A stretch of DNA of 64,000 bases from Felis catus. Its lineage: Eukaryota. Position numbers and translations under genes: made by a program. The stretch covers positions 93,498,001-93,562,000 of the forward strand of contig NC_058368.1 of the NCBI RefSeq assembly GCF_018350175.1. Direction: 5' to 3'. Below are positions 63,827 to 64,000 of the stretch, one piece after another. The first letter of the stretch is position 1; each line of letters starts with the position of its first letter. The notes below the pieces were generated by a model. It ran no database searches. It was not told the DNA's origin and worked only from the letters and a program-made list of their open reading frames with translations.

Positions 63827-64000
63827 TTTATTTCAGTTTATTTTTCATTTATTTTTGAGAGAGAGATAGAGAGTAAATAGGGGAAGGGCAGAGAGAGAGG
63901 GAGAGAGAATCCTAAGCAGGTTCCATGCTGTCAACACAGAGCCTGATGCGGGGCTCAATCCCACAAACCATGAAATCATGACCTGAGCTGAAATCAAGAG
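63826..64000 (-). mobile_element. CanSINE cut by the window end
   Basis: T-rich tail and reverse-complement body. Confidence 0.92.

Noticed and set aside
4560..64000. SINE heads as tRNA genes, or the recurring SINEs as a CRISPR-like array
   Set aside because: They have CT tracts, A-tails and TSDs, with irregular spacing and orientation; no repeat-spacer periodicity and no cas genes.

Overview
This is mammalian, not microbial, DNA. The tRNA-derived SINEs carry the felid CanSINE signature (GGGGCGCCTGGGTGGCTCAGTCGGTTAAGCGTCCGACTTCAGCTCAGG...(CT)n...AATAAA), so it comes from a cat-family genome. The window is repeat-dense intronic or intergenic sequence: more than 40 CanSINEs, 10 carnivore L1 fragments, older L1M, L2, CR1/L3, MIR, MLT1 (MaLR) LTRs, the hAT elements MER53 and MER58A, and microsatellites. 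I could not recognise any host protein-coding gene. The recognisable ORFs in the track are SINE, L1 or microsatellite read-throughs. Retroelement orientation suggests a transcription unit on the minus strand. The best non-repeat signal is a candidate minus-strand exon at 43700-43814 with clustered ACTAAC (QKI/branch-point-like) motifs, one in a hairpin loop, next to a GATA/AP-1/CCAAT cluster. Other notable items are retrotransposition and rearrangement scars: a twin-primed L1, an L1 inside a SINE with a possible 3' transduction, an L1 splitting MER53, a triple-SINE hotspot, a ~60 bp copy of L2 sequence 8.3 kb from its source, and AT-rich perfect palindromes. I find no convincing novel biological system. 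Repeat family names are from recall of consensus sequences; subfamily labels and boundaries of old elements are approximate.
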